IMG/VR virus record: IMGVR_UViG_2541047942_000002
Direction: 5' to 3' (one strand)
Length of the DNA: 39,163 nt
DNA from: a virus
Taxonomy: Duplodnaviria > Heunggongvirae > Uroviricota > Caudoviricetes
Made by a program: the position numbers and the translations under genes. The notes under the pieces were generated by a model that was not told where the DNA came from, searched no databases, and saw only the letters and a program-made list of their open reading frames with translations. Every line of letters starts with the position of its first letter. Position 1 is the first letter of the stretch. This document shows, piece by piece, positions 24,506-32,492 of this stretch.

Positions 24506-25258
24506 TTATCTCGTCACCTTCCTCAATTGCGCTTCCGCGTATGCTTCTTCCTGCCAGCACTTTGTTACCAGTTTACCAATGACGTCCGCATACCCCTTAT
24601 ACCACTGATAATCGGTCAGGTCTGGTACCAGCTTCTGGACATGACGTCGTGCCAGCGTGGTCGGTAAACGACTAAACCGGTTTCCATTACAACGCCCACA
24701 AATCTTATATACCGGTACGCCATGAAACCGGGTTCTTTTTTCATCCAGAACAATCCCTTTACCCTTACACCCTCTGCACGCTGTGCTGGCTTCGCCCTTA
24801 CCATGGCAATGCTGACATAGTTCCTTCACCCATTCTTCCTTGATTACAGATTCCCCGCGTCTGTAGTGTTTCACCACTTCGCGCAATACATTATAAAATC
24901 CCGTACCTGAACAATGCTCACAGCGAGCCTTACTTGCCGCAGACCTGGAGTAATCAGCAAAGGCAAAACTCACGAGGTAAGGAATAATCTGTAACCGGAT
25001 TTCTTCACTCAATTTGTTCAATGTCGGGTTATCCAGTGCCATCGCGTAATTTAGCAGGCCTTCAATCGCAAACTGAGGGTCCTGAACACCAACTTTTGCC
25101 AGAAATAAGGCCAACCCAAGTGGTGCTTTCGACTGCACCATCCCCTGCGCTGCCATTACATCCGTAATTGTTAAACAACCGGTGCCTGTCGCTGGAGCGT
25201 CATCGCTCAATTTTGGAGATTTTGGGGAGTAATATTTTGGTAAGGCTTCAAGGTTCAT
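24506..25258 (-). CDS. quuQ: late-gene antiterminator Q
   Basis: ORF trimmed to MNLEALPKYYSPKSPKLSDD... (250 aa); four CxxCxGxG-type motifs (CEHCSGTG, CQHCHGKG, CRGCKGKG, CGRCNGNR); located immediately upstream of pR'/tR'. Confidence 0.8.
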   Translation of the reverse strand: MNLEALPKYYSPKSPKLSDDAPATGTGCLTITDVMAAQGMVQSKAPLGLALFLAKVGVQDPQFAIEGLLNYAMALDNPTLNKLSEEIRLQIIPYLVSFAFADYSRSAASKARCEHCSGTGFYNVLREVVKHYRRGESVIKEEWVKELCQHCHGKGEASTACRGCKGKGIVLDEKRTRFHGVPVYKICGRCNGNRFSRLPTTLARRHVQKLVPDLTDYQWYKGYADVIGKLVTKCWQEEAYAEAQLRKVTR

Positions 25259-25271
25259 GCTCGTTCTCCAC

Positions 25272-26321
25272 TTACGCCAGTACGCCAATTGCCAGCGCGC
25301 GATCGATAAAACGAAATATCAGCTCCAGTTGGGAGCCATACTTATCTTCAAATGCCACTGTATCCGTATGCAGCTCGTTGTGATGCTTTCTGCACAAAGG
25401 CAACACAAAGAGATCATGTGCTTTTGTTCCCATTCCGCCCTGCCCGTGACCAATCAGATGATGCGGATCGTCGGCTGGCATACCGCAGCAAGCACACGGC
25501 TGTGTCTTAACCCAACGTGTGTATTTCTCCTTAACCCAGCGGCGACGTTTAGGCAGCTTCATGAAAGATTCCGGAGACTCTGGATCAACGGTGATGCTTA
25601 CCACCGTCTTTTCCTGTGGTGATTTTTGTTGCTGGTGGGCGTAAGGCAACGGTGCAAGATTTTTTGTGCGTTGTTTCAATATGCTGGTGGCGGTCTGCTC
25701 TCCCGGTACGATGTCGCTTTCGCGGTACACCGAGCAGATTTTTTCCGCTGGTAATCCCAGCGAACGACGCGATACAGCCTCAGGTAGTGCATCCACCACC
25801 TGATTGCAGACCGCCCACCAGGATAATTCAGCCAAAGATAATTCCCGCTCCTGCGTACCGCTTATTGCGTGACGGATGACGTCAATCACCCATGCTGTCA
25901 GATTTTGTTGAGCAAGCAGCTCCAGTGATTCCGATGTCTGGTCACGCAGTTGGTTGTCGCAGTGCCAGCACAACACCATTGCGCCGGTACCATAACGGTG
26001 AATGACTGTTTCAGTGTGATGGTAATCGCCATTAGGCCACTGGCAGGATGTAACATGACGTAATAGCCAGTCGGACAATGCGCCAACGCCGCCAGCAGCA
26101 CGAATCACCCGTTCGTTACTAAAAAACGGCAGCAATGTTTTGTCTTCCGCCAGCGGCTGGCGAACGGCAGGAACGACTCCGGATGGCAGATTACGCATGC
26201 TTTTTGGTTCCGGTTCCACCAGCACTCGAGGATTATGAAATATCTGTATGGATTCACGGCCCGGCTTAAGGACCACCAGCCCAAGCTCAGGCACCAGAAC
26301 AGGTCTAAGTAATACCCGCAC
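25272..26321 (-). CDS. ydfU: nin-region protein with C-terminal HNH-like zinc-finger nuclease motif
   Basis: 349-aa product from a GTG at ~26319-26321 preceded by GGAGG; C-terminal CACCG...DPHHLIGHG...CRKHHNELH motif. Confidence 0.7.
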   Translation of the reverse strand: MRVLLRPVLVPELGLVVLKPGRESIQIFHNPRVLVEPEPKSMRNLPSGVVPAVRQPLAEDKTLLPFFSNERVIRAAGGVGALSDWLLRHVTSCQWPNGDYHHTETVIHRYGTGAMVLCWHCDNQLRDQTSESLELLAQQNLTAWVIDVIRHAISGTQERELSLAELSWWAVCNQVVDALPEAVSRRSLGLPAEKICSVYRESDIVPGEQTATSILKQRTKNLAPLPYAHQQQKSPQEKTVVSITVDPESPESFMKLPKRRRWVKEKYTRWVKTQPCACCGMPADDPHHLIGHGQGGMGTKAHDLFVLPLCRKHHNELHTDTVAFEDKYGSQLELIFRFIDRALAIGVLA

Positions 26322-26322
26322 G

Positions 26323-26601
26323 TTACCTCCAGATCCGTTGCTGGAAAGTGCGGGACGCACGTGGTGGGCGTTCGGAATAAGGCAGCCTGACAGAGATTAT
26401 CCAGTGCCGATAGTCGAGACTGAGAGCTTTCTTAACCTCGAACCCGCGCCTGCGGTAAGAATGAATCAGCCATTCGGCCTGTTCTGCAGTGCATGGAGGG
26501 TGCTGGAACCATTCAGACTTGAATGCGTGAGAATACCGCCCGTGCGTGCAGGCAAGAACGGGCGAATTATCAGAATTGTAATATTTTGCGTTGCGTGCCA
26601 T
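26323..26601 (-). CDS. hypothetical protein (92 aa), tightly coupled upstream of ydfU
   Basis: ORF-track ORF ending 2 nt before the proposed ydfU start; no recognised homolog. Confidence 0.35.
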   Translation of the reverse strand: MARNAKYYNSDNSPVLACTHGRYSHAFKSEWFQHPPCTAEQAEWLIHSYRRRGFEVKKALSLDYRHWIISVRLPYSERPPRASRTFQQRIWR

Positions 26602-26667
26602 CGGTTTTCTCCGGTGGCACGGTGTTACTCAGCGGGAGTTCAGCCCCGCGCAAGATTGTAGATGAGT

Positions 26668-26919
26668 TTATTCTCCTGAAAAAGCAGAAAAGCCAGCTTT
26701 TATTCCGATCTCTTTCAATGCCTGTAATGAAGTGACAAACTCACCTTCGCGCAAGATAAATCCGTCCGTGACCCGAGCATCCACAAAATTAATTAACGCA
26801 GCCCCATTCTTTCGCAAACACATAATGCGGTAATGACTAACAAGATTTCCATTTTCAACGCACACAGCATAGAGGCCATCTTCACAAAAAATTTTACGCA
26901 GTTCTTCGATGTTCATCAT
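26668..26919 (-). CDS. rem: small prophage protein Rem
   Basis: 83-aa ORF MMNIEELRKIFCEDGLYAVCVENGNLVSHYRIMCLRKNGAALINF..., in the position rem occupies in Qin. Confidence 0.7.
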   Translation of the reverse strand: MMNIEELRKIFCEDGLYAVCVENGNLVSHYRIMCLRKNGAALINFVDARVTDGFILREGEFVTSLQALKEIGIKAGFSAFSGE

Positions 26920-27032
26920 CAGAATCCTTCCGGATAATTAGCTCTCCCCTTTAAGGGACCATCCCTCTTATCCCTGCGCGCTACTTAAGTATTTTTGATT
27001 CTATTCCGGCACCGTCCAGAACTTCAAACGCG

Positions 27033-27067
27033 TTGAAAATAAAAACAAAAACCCGCCGAAGCGGGTT
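27033..27067 (-). terminator. intrinsic terminator of the relB-relE-hokD operon (hairpin AACCCGC-TTCG-GCGGGTT followed by a long U-tract on the minus strand)
   Basis: Perfect stem with tetraloop read from the sequence, followed on the minus strand by TTTTTGTTTTTATTTT; ~70 nt downstream of the hokD stop. Confidence 0.75.
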
Positions 27068-27135
27068 AAGTGCGGGTGCGTTGAGGATGCCTGCCACATC
27101 AGAGGTGGCGAGGGATTTCTCCCCCGCCGGGTCTC

Positions 27136-27291
27136 TTACTCCTCAGGTTCGTAAGCTGTGAAGACAGCGACCTCCGTCTGGCCGGTTCGGATTCGTACCT
27201 CGCAGAGGTCTTTCCTCGTTACCAGTGCCGTCACTATGACGGTTAAACAGATGACGATCAGGGCGATTAACATCGCCTTTTGCTGCTTCAT
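27136..27291 (-). CDS. hokD: Hok-family type I toxin (small membrane peptide)
   Basis: Not in the ORF track (51 aa). Minus-strand ATG at 27289-27291 to TAA at 27136-27138 translates to MKQQKAMLIALIVICLTVIVTALVTRKDLCEVRIRTGQTEVAVFTAYEPEE, a Hok/Gef-family sequence; located downstream of relE. Confidence 0.85.
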   Translation of the reverse strand: MKQQKAMLIALIVICLTVIVTALVTRKDLCEVRIRTGQTEVAVFTAYEPEE

Positions 27292-27362
27292 AGCCTGCTT
27301 CTCCTGTCAACGCAAAGCAGAAGTGTCACCTTCGGTGCGAAACAGAGATGTCATGCTTTGGT

Positions 27363-27650
27363 TCAGAGAATGCGTTTGACCGCCTCGCTATATACTTCCG
27401 AGCGTTCTCTTTTCCCAACAGAAATCACGAAAACGACAACTTTCTCGTCTATAACCTGGTATACAAGGCGATAGCCTGAAGACCGGAGCTTAATCTTGTA
27501 ACAATCAGGCATACCACGGAGCTTGTTTGCTTCAATCCGGGGTGACTCAAGTACTTCAACCAGCTTCTTTTTCAACTGTTCACGTACCGTCGAGCCCAGC
27601 TTTCGCCATTCCTTTAGTGCCCGCTCGTCAAAATCCAGAAAATACGCCAT
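27363..27650 (-). CDS. relE: mRNA interferase toxin RelE
   Basis: 95-aa ORF MAYFLDFDERALKEWRKLGSTVREQLKKKLVEVLESPRIEANKLRGMPDCYKIKLRSSGYRLVYQVIDEKVVVFVISVGKRERSEVY... Confidence 0.95.
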   Translation of the reverse strand: MAYFLDFDERALKEWRKLGSTVREQLKKKLVEVLESPRIEANKLRGMPDCYKIKLRSSGYRLVYQVIDEKVVVFVISVGKRERSEVYSEAVKRIL

Positions 27651-27889
27651 CAGAGTTCATCCAGCGTCACACGTACTGGCTTAGGATTACGAAGCCGTTC
27701 TTTCACTATCTCCACAAGTTCAGCATCTTCATCACTCAGGAGTGTCTGTTTGAACGGCAAGCGTTCATTGTCAGCGATATACTCGAGCATGAGACGAAGC
27801 GCTTCAGAAGGAGTTACACCCATTTTTTCAAGCGCGGCGTAAGAACGCGCTTTAAGTTCATCGTCAATACGCAGGTTAATGCTACCCAT
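27650..27889 (-). CDS. relB: antitoxin RelB
   Basis: 79-aa ORF MGSINLRIDDELKARSYAALEKMGVTPSEALRLMLEYIADNERLPFKQTLLSDEDAELVEIVKERLRNPKPVRVTLDEL; stop overlaps the relE start. Confidence 0.95.
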   Translation of the reverse strand: MGSINLRIDDELKARSYAALEKMGVTPSEALRLMLEYIADNERLPFKQTLLSDEDAELVEIVKERLRNPKPVRVTLDEL

Positions 27890-27894
27890 GTCTT

Positions 27895-27930
27895 ACACCT
27901 ATTGTAATTACAAATGTCATTACAAGTATC
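27895..27930. promoter_or_regulatory. relBE promoter/operator region containing the perfect palindrome TTGTAATTACAA and an adjacent TGTCATTACAA half-site
   Basis: Palindrome read directly at ~27902-27913, 13 nt upstream of the relB start codon. Confidence 0.6.
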
Positions 27931-28219
27931 GCACTACAACATGCTTAGGGCAAGTCACGAAGGAAGTCAGAAAGTAGTCGTAAGAACGGTGATCACTGTC
28001 CGCTTTGTGCCAGGAGCAGCCATTGCTAAGTCCATCCTGTATTGTGCAGGTCAGCTCGTTTTTAAAGAGTCCGGCCATCATCTTACTGGTACAGACACCA
28101 TATACTTTGTGACGGTCAGGCTACATATGCACAACTCAACTTATTCATCTATTTTTTGCTTTAGCATGTCAGTGTTGCTTTCTCGTCGGCGGGTGAGCGG
28201 TGACCTGACCTGTCGATAA
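27914..28219 (+). CDS. ydfV: hypothetical protein (101 aa)
   Basis: ORF-track ORF between relB and flxA; symbol assigned by position and length only; coding potential uncertain. Confidence 0.35.
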   Translation: MSLQVSHYNMLRASHEGSQKVVVRTVITVRFVPGAAIAKSILYCAGQLVFKESGHHLTGTDTIYFVTVRLHMHNSTYSSIFCFSMSVLLSRRRVSGDLTCR

Positions 28220-28371
28220 AGGAACGTAGCACGTTTTATGCAACACCCGCATGCGGCAGAAAATTATTGCCGAACGTTTACCCCTGTCAACAAGCTTTAC
28301 TTTCTGAGGCGCGCCAGCCCGCGAGGAAAACAATCTGAACATCAAACAATTAATGACACAAGAAATACGAT

Positions 28372-28398
28372 TAAAGATTTTTTTGTGCATGCCGATAG
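28372..28398 (+). promoter_or_regulatory. sigma-28 (FliA) class 3 flagellar promoter: TAAAGATT, 11-nt spacer, GCCGATAG
   Basis: Near-consensus match to TAAAGTTT-N11-GCCGATAA read directly, ~25 nt upstream of the flxA ATG. Confidence 0.75.
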
Positions 28399-28421
28399 TG
28401 CTTTTTTAAAAGGAGAAATCT

Positions 28422-28754
28422 ATGTCTGTCACAATTCAGGGAAATACCTCAACCGTTATTTCAAACAACTCCGCCCCGGAAGGAACATCAGAAATAGCCA
28501 AAATCACAAGACAAATTCAGGTGCTGACTGAAAAGCTTGGGAAAATCTCATCGGAAGAGGGGATGACGACACAGCAGAAAAAAGAAATGGCTGCATTGGT
28601 ACAGAAGCAAATTGAAAGCCTCAGGGCTCAACTGGAGCAGTTGTTAAGGCAGCAGGCAGAGAAAAAGAATAAAGACGCGACAGTTCAGCCTGATAAAAAA
28701 GAAGAGAAAAAAGACGATACAAATACCGCTGGCACCATTGATATTTACGTCTAA
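28422..28754 (+). CDS. flxA: FliA-regulated protein FlxA
   Basis: 110-aa ORF MSVTIQGNTSTVISNNSAPEGTSEIAKITRQIQVLTEKLGKISSEEGMTTQQKKEM... Confidence 0.85.
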   Translation: MSVTIQGNTSTVISNNSAPEGTSEIAKITRQIQVLTEKLGKISSEEGMTTQQKKEMAALVQKQIESLRAQLEQLLRQQAEKKNKDATVQPDKKEEKKDDTNTAGTIDIYV

Positions 28755-28768
28755 GTGACAGCCGTATT

Positions 28769-28795
28769 GTGGCCCTCATCGGGCCACTTTTCGCC
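28769..28795 (+). terminator. intrinsic terminator after flxA (GTGGCCC-TCATC-GGGCCAC followed by TTTTCGCC)
   Basis: Perfect 7-bp GC stem directly after the flxA stop. Confidence 0.6.
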
Positions 28796-29190
28796 ATCAG
28801 CCTTTTCTTTAAAGACATATTATCTTTGTATCATTTCTGATAGTTAACATTACAAGATATAAGTAATGGACGCACTCCCAATTAGTCTATTTAAATCGCC
28901 ACGAGTTTAACTGACAACCCATGATCAATTATGAATTGCAACTATTTCTGTAGTCACTTTTGTGGGGACAGTCCACAAAACTGCCAACTTCCGCTTCTTG
29001 CTCTTAGCGGACATTAGCATAGGCTATTTACCATAACGCCTCATTACGCGCACCGCCCAGACTGACTCAGCGCGTTTCTGGCATATCCCCGGTAAAACAA
29101 GTAACAAACCACCCGAAAATGAACACCAGAAACGCGACTTAAGAATCTACCCTATGAATGGATATGCACTCAACCGAATCGATCTTGGTT

Positions 29191-30531
29191 TCAATCTATT
29201 TTATCGGGATCAGGCTTCTTTTTAGGTAACTTCGGGGGCTTAACTTGCTGATGACTTTGCGTTCGGCGCGTAAGCCAGGGATGGTCAGCTTTAGATTTAA
29301 CATAGTATTTTGAGCGTAAATCAATACGGGCATTATCCACTCGTTCATGGACACTCTTTTCATCATCCAGTGGTATAGGCTCCGGGCCATCAACATACTT
29401 TTCCCAGCCCAGCGCTTTCCCGTCATACAGAACGTTAATTTCACCGTCAAAGTTCTCACATACAGTAACAACCGAATGCCTAAGTCGATATCCCCGGCCC
29501 TCACTGCGTACCTGAAACGCACTGCTTTTGTACTGGAAAGTGAGATTTTTAGACAGAACGCGCTTCGCCTGTAGGCTGAAGATATAACCCAGTTCCTCTT
29601 CAGAATGGTGCACATCAAGATGAGCATTATCAGTAGTACGAGGCGACGTAGCGAACCGGTTGTTATAGGCTTCAATAAAGGTCGGCAACCATGCATTTGC
29701 TGTTTCAATATCACTGATATTCTGAAGCCGCATTTCTTTGACCAGCCTGTCCTGTAGTGTCTGATTGGCGCGCTCTACCCGCCCTTTTGCCTGCGGGCTG
29801 TTGGCATGGATTGGCTCGATGCCCTGTGTCTTTATCGCACGAGTGAACTGGGTCAGCTCACCTTCCCGCTCTGGGTTATTTACCCTGAATATACTGTGTC
29901 TATCAGAGTAGAGAGCGAGCGGTACGCCATGATCATTAAGGTAACCCCGGAGGGTTTCCATGTAAGCCCGGGTTGTTTCAGCAGGCACAAAACGCAACGC
30001 CATCAACGCACTGGTGGCATCATCAATGAAAACGATCAGTGTACATCTGGGGCCTCGATTTTCAAACCAGTCATGAGGTGAGCCATCAATCTGGATCAGT
30101 TCACCGTAAGATGGTCGTCGCATGCGGCGTTGATATATACGGGCAATTTTACGACGGCGTTCACGCCATAACCCCTCTTCTATCATCCACTTTCTGAGAG
30201 TTTCAACGGATAAAGATAAACCGTGTATCTCGCGCAATTTTTCGCACGCAAACGTAGGTCCAAAATCAGCGTAACGGCCTTTGAGGAGTGAAATTACTGT
30301 TGCTCTGAATTCAGTAGAAAAGGAATTATTAGGATGCTTTCCACGTCGGTGGGAAACCAGACCAGAAGGCCCTTCATTTCTATACCGTTGCACCAGACGT
30401 TTAACCTGCCGAATAGAAATGCCAATGCGTGCCGCAGCTTGTTCCTGAGTAATATGTCGATTAATTGACTCCTGAATAATCTGAAGTCGGTGGAGTTCCT
30501 TATGACTCATCGTAACAGTCTCTTTGATCAT
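29191..30531 (-). CDS. DDE transposase of the retroviral-integrase (rve) superfamily, IS481/IS21-IstA-like, with N-terminal HTH
   Basis: 446-aa ORF with HTH-like N-terminus and an rve-type catalytic core (QIDGSPHDW ... LALYSDRHSIF ... SPQAKGRVERANQTLQD); element ends not resolved. Confidence 0.8.
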   Translation of the reverse strand: MIKETVTMSHKELHRLQIIQESINRHITQEQAAARIGISIRQVKRLVQRYRNEGPSGLVSHRRGKHPNNSFSTEFRATVISLLKGRYADFGPTFACEKLREIHGLSLSVETLRKWMIEEGLWRERRRKIARIYQRRMRRPSYGELIQIDGSPHDWFENRGPRCTLIVFIDDATSALMALRFVPAETTRAYMETLRGYLNDHGVPLALYSDRHSIFRVNNPEREGELTQFTRAIKTQGIEPIHANSPQAKGRVERANQTLQDRLVKEMRLQNISDIETANAWLPTFIEAYNNRFATSPRTTDNAHLDVHHSEEELGYIFSLQAKRVLSKNLTFQYKSSAFQVRSEGRGYRLRHSVVTVCENFDGEINVLYDGKALGWEKYVDGPEPIPLDDEKSVHERVDNARIDLRSKYYVKSKADHPWLTRRTQSHQQVKPPKLPKKKPDPDKID

Positions 30532-30564
30532 GAAAAATCCCCCAGAGAATTGTCTGGGGACATT

Positions 30565-30984
30565 TTAGAATGGTTCAAAGGGGACATTACAGCTTGGTGT
30601 TAACAATAGCCTGCTTCTCCTTGCCTTCCGGCACTCGCGACAGATTATGTTTAGACGACTGTCGTAGCGACGTATTTCTCCGTCAGGTAATGACCAGATA
30701 AGGTCCGGATCAACCACAGCAGGTTTCTTCACCTTTGCCCTCGAGAGTTTTTTGCGGGCGTTTTGCCAGTCCTTACGCGCCTGTTCAGACGGGAATAACC
30801 CGTAACCAGAGCTGTATACATCGCCACTGGCAACCAGCTCTCTGGCCAGAACGCTCATCAGATATCTTGTTGCCCCAGTTTTAGCTTCCAGTTGTCGTAA
30901 CGTCTCGCGCCCACTCTGGCGTACGAGTTCCACCACCTGCCCTTTAATTTTTTCCCGCTCTTCTTGTGTAAAAACTTTTGCCAC
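30565..30984 (-). CDS. hypothetical prophage early protein (139 aa), possibly altered at its 3' end by the adjacent transposase insertion
   Basis: ORF-track ORF downstream of the replication gene; C-terminal 25 residues are low-complexity and run into the hairpin flanking the transposase gene. Confidence 0.45.
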   Translation of the reverse strand: MAKVFTQEEREKIKGQVVELVRQSGRETLRQLEAKTGATRYLMSVLARELVASGDVYSSGYGLFPSEQARKDWQNARKKLSRAKVKKPAVVDPDLIWSLPDGEIRRYDSRLNIICRECRKARRSRLLLTPSCNVPFEPF

Positions 30985-31024
30985 AAGTCCTCCTGAACAT
31001 TACTTTATACCCTAAAATCAACAC

Positions 31025-31990
31025 TTATCCCCTGAAACCAGGCGGAATTTCTGTATCCGGTTCAGAAATATGATTCACACAACGCTGTACAGGTGAACGT
31101 CCCAGGCGGATGACCAGTTCGTCCCATTTTTCGCGGAGTTTTGACGGGCTCATGATGTTTTTTACCCAGAATTGATCTCGCTGTACCCGACCAAACATTT
31201 CGCAAATTTGTCTGTGGCTTCTGCCATCCAGCATCCGCATTGTGCGCACGTCATTGGCCCAGGCTGTCCAGTTAGGCTCTTTTGGTCGCATGATCTCTCC
31301 ATCGTCGCTGGCAGCCTGTTCGTAAAGGTTCACGATCCGCCCCCAAATCCACTGCGCACACGCCAAATCCTCCCTGCTACCCCACTGGCGTTTTTTCGCA
31401 CTAAACACAACCGCGTCGGGGTTCCGGGTTAAAAAATCCTGTTCAGCGGTCTGCGGGTCCGGTTGCGAAGCTTCCGGACGAAAAGTGTTTTTATTCTCTG
31501 TAGTAATCTCTGTTGTATTCTCTGTAAGATCATCAGGCCATTTTGACCCGATGACATTGGGTCGTTTTGAACCAATGGAGCGTTTCATTTTGACCTCTTC
31601 CATCGTGTCATTTTGACCTGATGGAGCGGCGCATTTTAAACCGATGGATTCGCTCAATTTGCCACCATCTAAAAGCTCGCTCCCGTAGTTGATCGTGTAG
31701 AAATTGGTCATATCGCGCTTTGATTTATTGAGCTTTTCACAACGCAAAAGCCCCAGCGTTTTCAGACTTGCAAACGCGCGCTTTAACGTTGACTCTGACC
31801 AGAATGGGAACTGTTCCAGCCATTGTTCCGTTGTGTTGTAAATCCAGCGAACACCATCACATTCCATGCCGGAATTGGTATCTCTCAACCAGTAATGCAA
31901 CTGCTGCAACACAATGGCTTCATTTAAGCCAATCTTCATCGCAAGCTGTGTGTTTATAACCAGTGGGCGTTCAGCAAAAAGAAGGCTCAT
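31025..31990 (-). CDS. replication initiator, lambda O-like replisome organiser containing the origin iterons
   Basis: ORF trimmed to internal ATG (MSLLFAERPLVINTQLAMKIGLNEAIVLQQLHYWL...) because the ORF-track start is a TTG overlapping the upstream gene; five ~23-bp iterons inside the coding region. Confidence 0.7.
   Translation of the reverse strand: MSLLFAERPLVINTQLAMKIGLNEAIVLQQLHYWLRDTNSGMECDGVRWIYNTTEQWLEQFPFWSESTLKRAFASLKTLGLLRCEKLNKSKRDMTNFYTINYGSELLDGGKLSESIGLKCAAPSGQNDTMEEVKMKRSIGSKRPNVIGSKWPDDLTENTTEITTENKNTFRPEASQPDPQTAEQDFLTRNPDAVVFSAKKRQWGSREDLACAQWIWGRIVNLYEQAASDDGEIMRPKEPNWTAWANDVRTMRMLDGRSHRQICEMFGRVQRDQFWVKNIMSPSKLREKWDELVIRLGRSPVQRCVNHISEPDTEIPPGFRG
31538..31650. repeat. 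origin-of-replication iteron array: five direct repeats of ~19 bp (CATTTTGACC-type) at ~23-bp periodicity, with an AT-rich/TCTCTGT-repeat region on the low-coordinate side
   Basis: Repeats read directly: CCATTTTGACCCGATGACA, CGTTTTGAACCAATGGAGC, CATTTTGACCTCTTCCATC, CATTTTGACCTGATGGAGC, CATTTTAAACCGATGGATT. Confidence 0.75.
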
Positions 31991-32492
31991 AATTCCATCC
32001 AGCTTTTTGTTGGTATTGCTGTCGATACGCAAGTTTGAAAGCAATTGCTTTTTCTATAAGTTCGTCAGTTTCACGATCCACTACGGCAGGATCAGCAAAA
32101 AGCAGTCCGGACTCCACCACATCGCCATATTCTTTGTTTAACCCGGCGATCATGTACGTGATGCTTTTTCCGTCACTAATTTCACGATACAACCTGAAAT
32201 CATTAATCCGAATAGCCTCCATAATTGCAGGCACTAGCGCCGTGAACTTTTCACGCTTATCCCTGGTGTCGATAGCCTTCCAGCGTTCGAATATCTTCAC
32301 TCGATTAACGCCAAGTGCTCGCTGATCAACCGCGCCACCTTCATCTGTGACACGCTGAACATCGATGTTCGGGCGCTCTTTCAAAGCCCAGAATGCTTCA
32401 GTGATTAATATCGTCGCCTGCTCCTGTGTCATTCCTGGTCGACATATCCAGGCATCCAGAGCCTCACGAGCCTGTTCAGGAGTGATTTTCAT
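31971..32492 (-). CDS. hypothetical early protein (173 aa) immediately downstream of the cro-like dicC
   Basis: ORF-track ORF MKITPEQAREALDAWICRPGMTQEQATILITEAFWALK...; start overlaps the dicC stop; no recognised function. Confidence 0.55.
   Translation of the reverse strand: MKITPEQAREALDAWICRPGMTQEQATILITEAFWALKERPNIDVQRVTDEGGAVDQRALGVNRVKIFERWKAIDTRDKREKFTALVPAIMEAIRINDFRLYREISDGKSITYMIAGLNKEYGDVVESGLLFADPAVVDRETDELIEKAIAFKLAYRQQYQQKAGWNYEPSFC

Noticed and set aside
26248-26661. 137-aa plus-strand ORF
   Set aside because: Antisense to the ydfU 5' region and the 92-aa upstream ORF, opposite to the direction of all neighbouring genes; Arg/Pro-rich composition.
29196-29714. 172-aa minus-strand ORF overlapping the transposase gene
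   Set aside because: Alternative frame inside the 446-aa transposase ORF; the longer frame carries the recognisable DDE core.
28950-30600. GGGGACA-containing sequences on both sides of the transposase as terminal inverted repeats
   Set aside because: They are in direct, not inverted, orientation, so they cannot be TIRs; kept only as possible target duplications. True element ends need an ISfinder comparison.
31538-31650. Regularly spaced direct repeats as a possible CRISPR array
   Set aside because: Repeats are ~19 bp at ~23-bp spacing with no unique spacers of CRISPR length and lie inside a replication initiator gene; they fit origin iterons.
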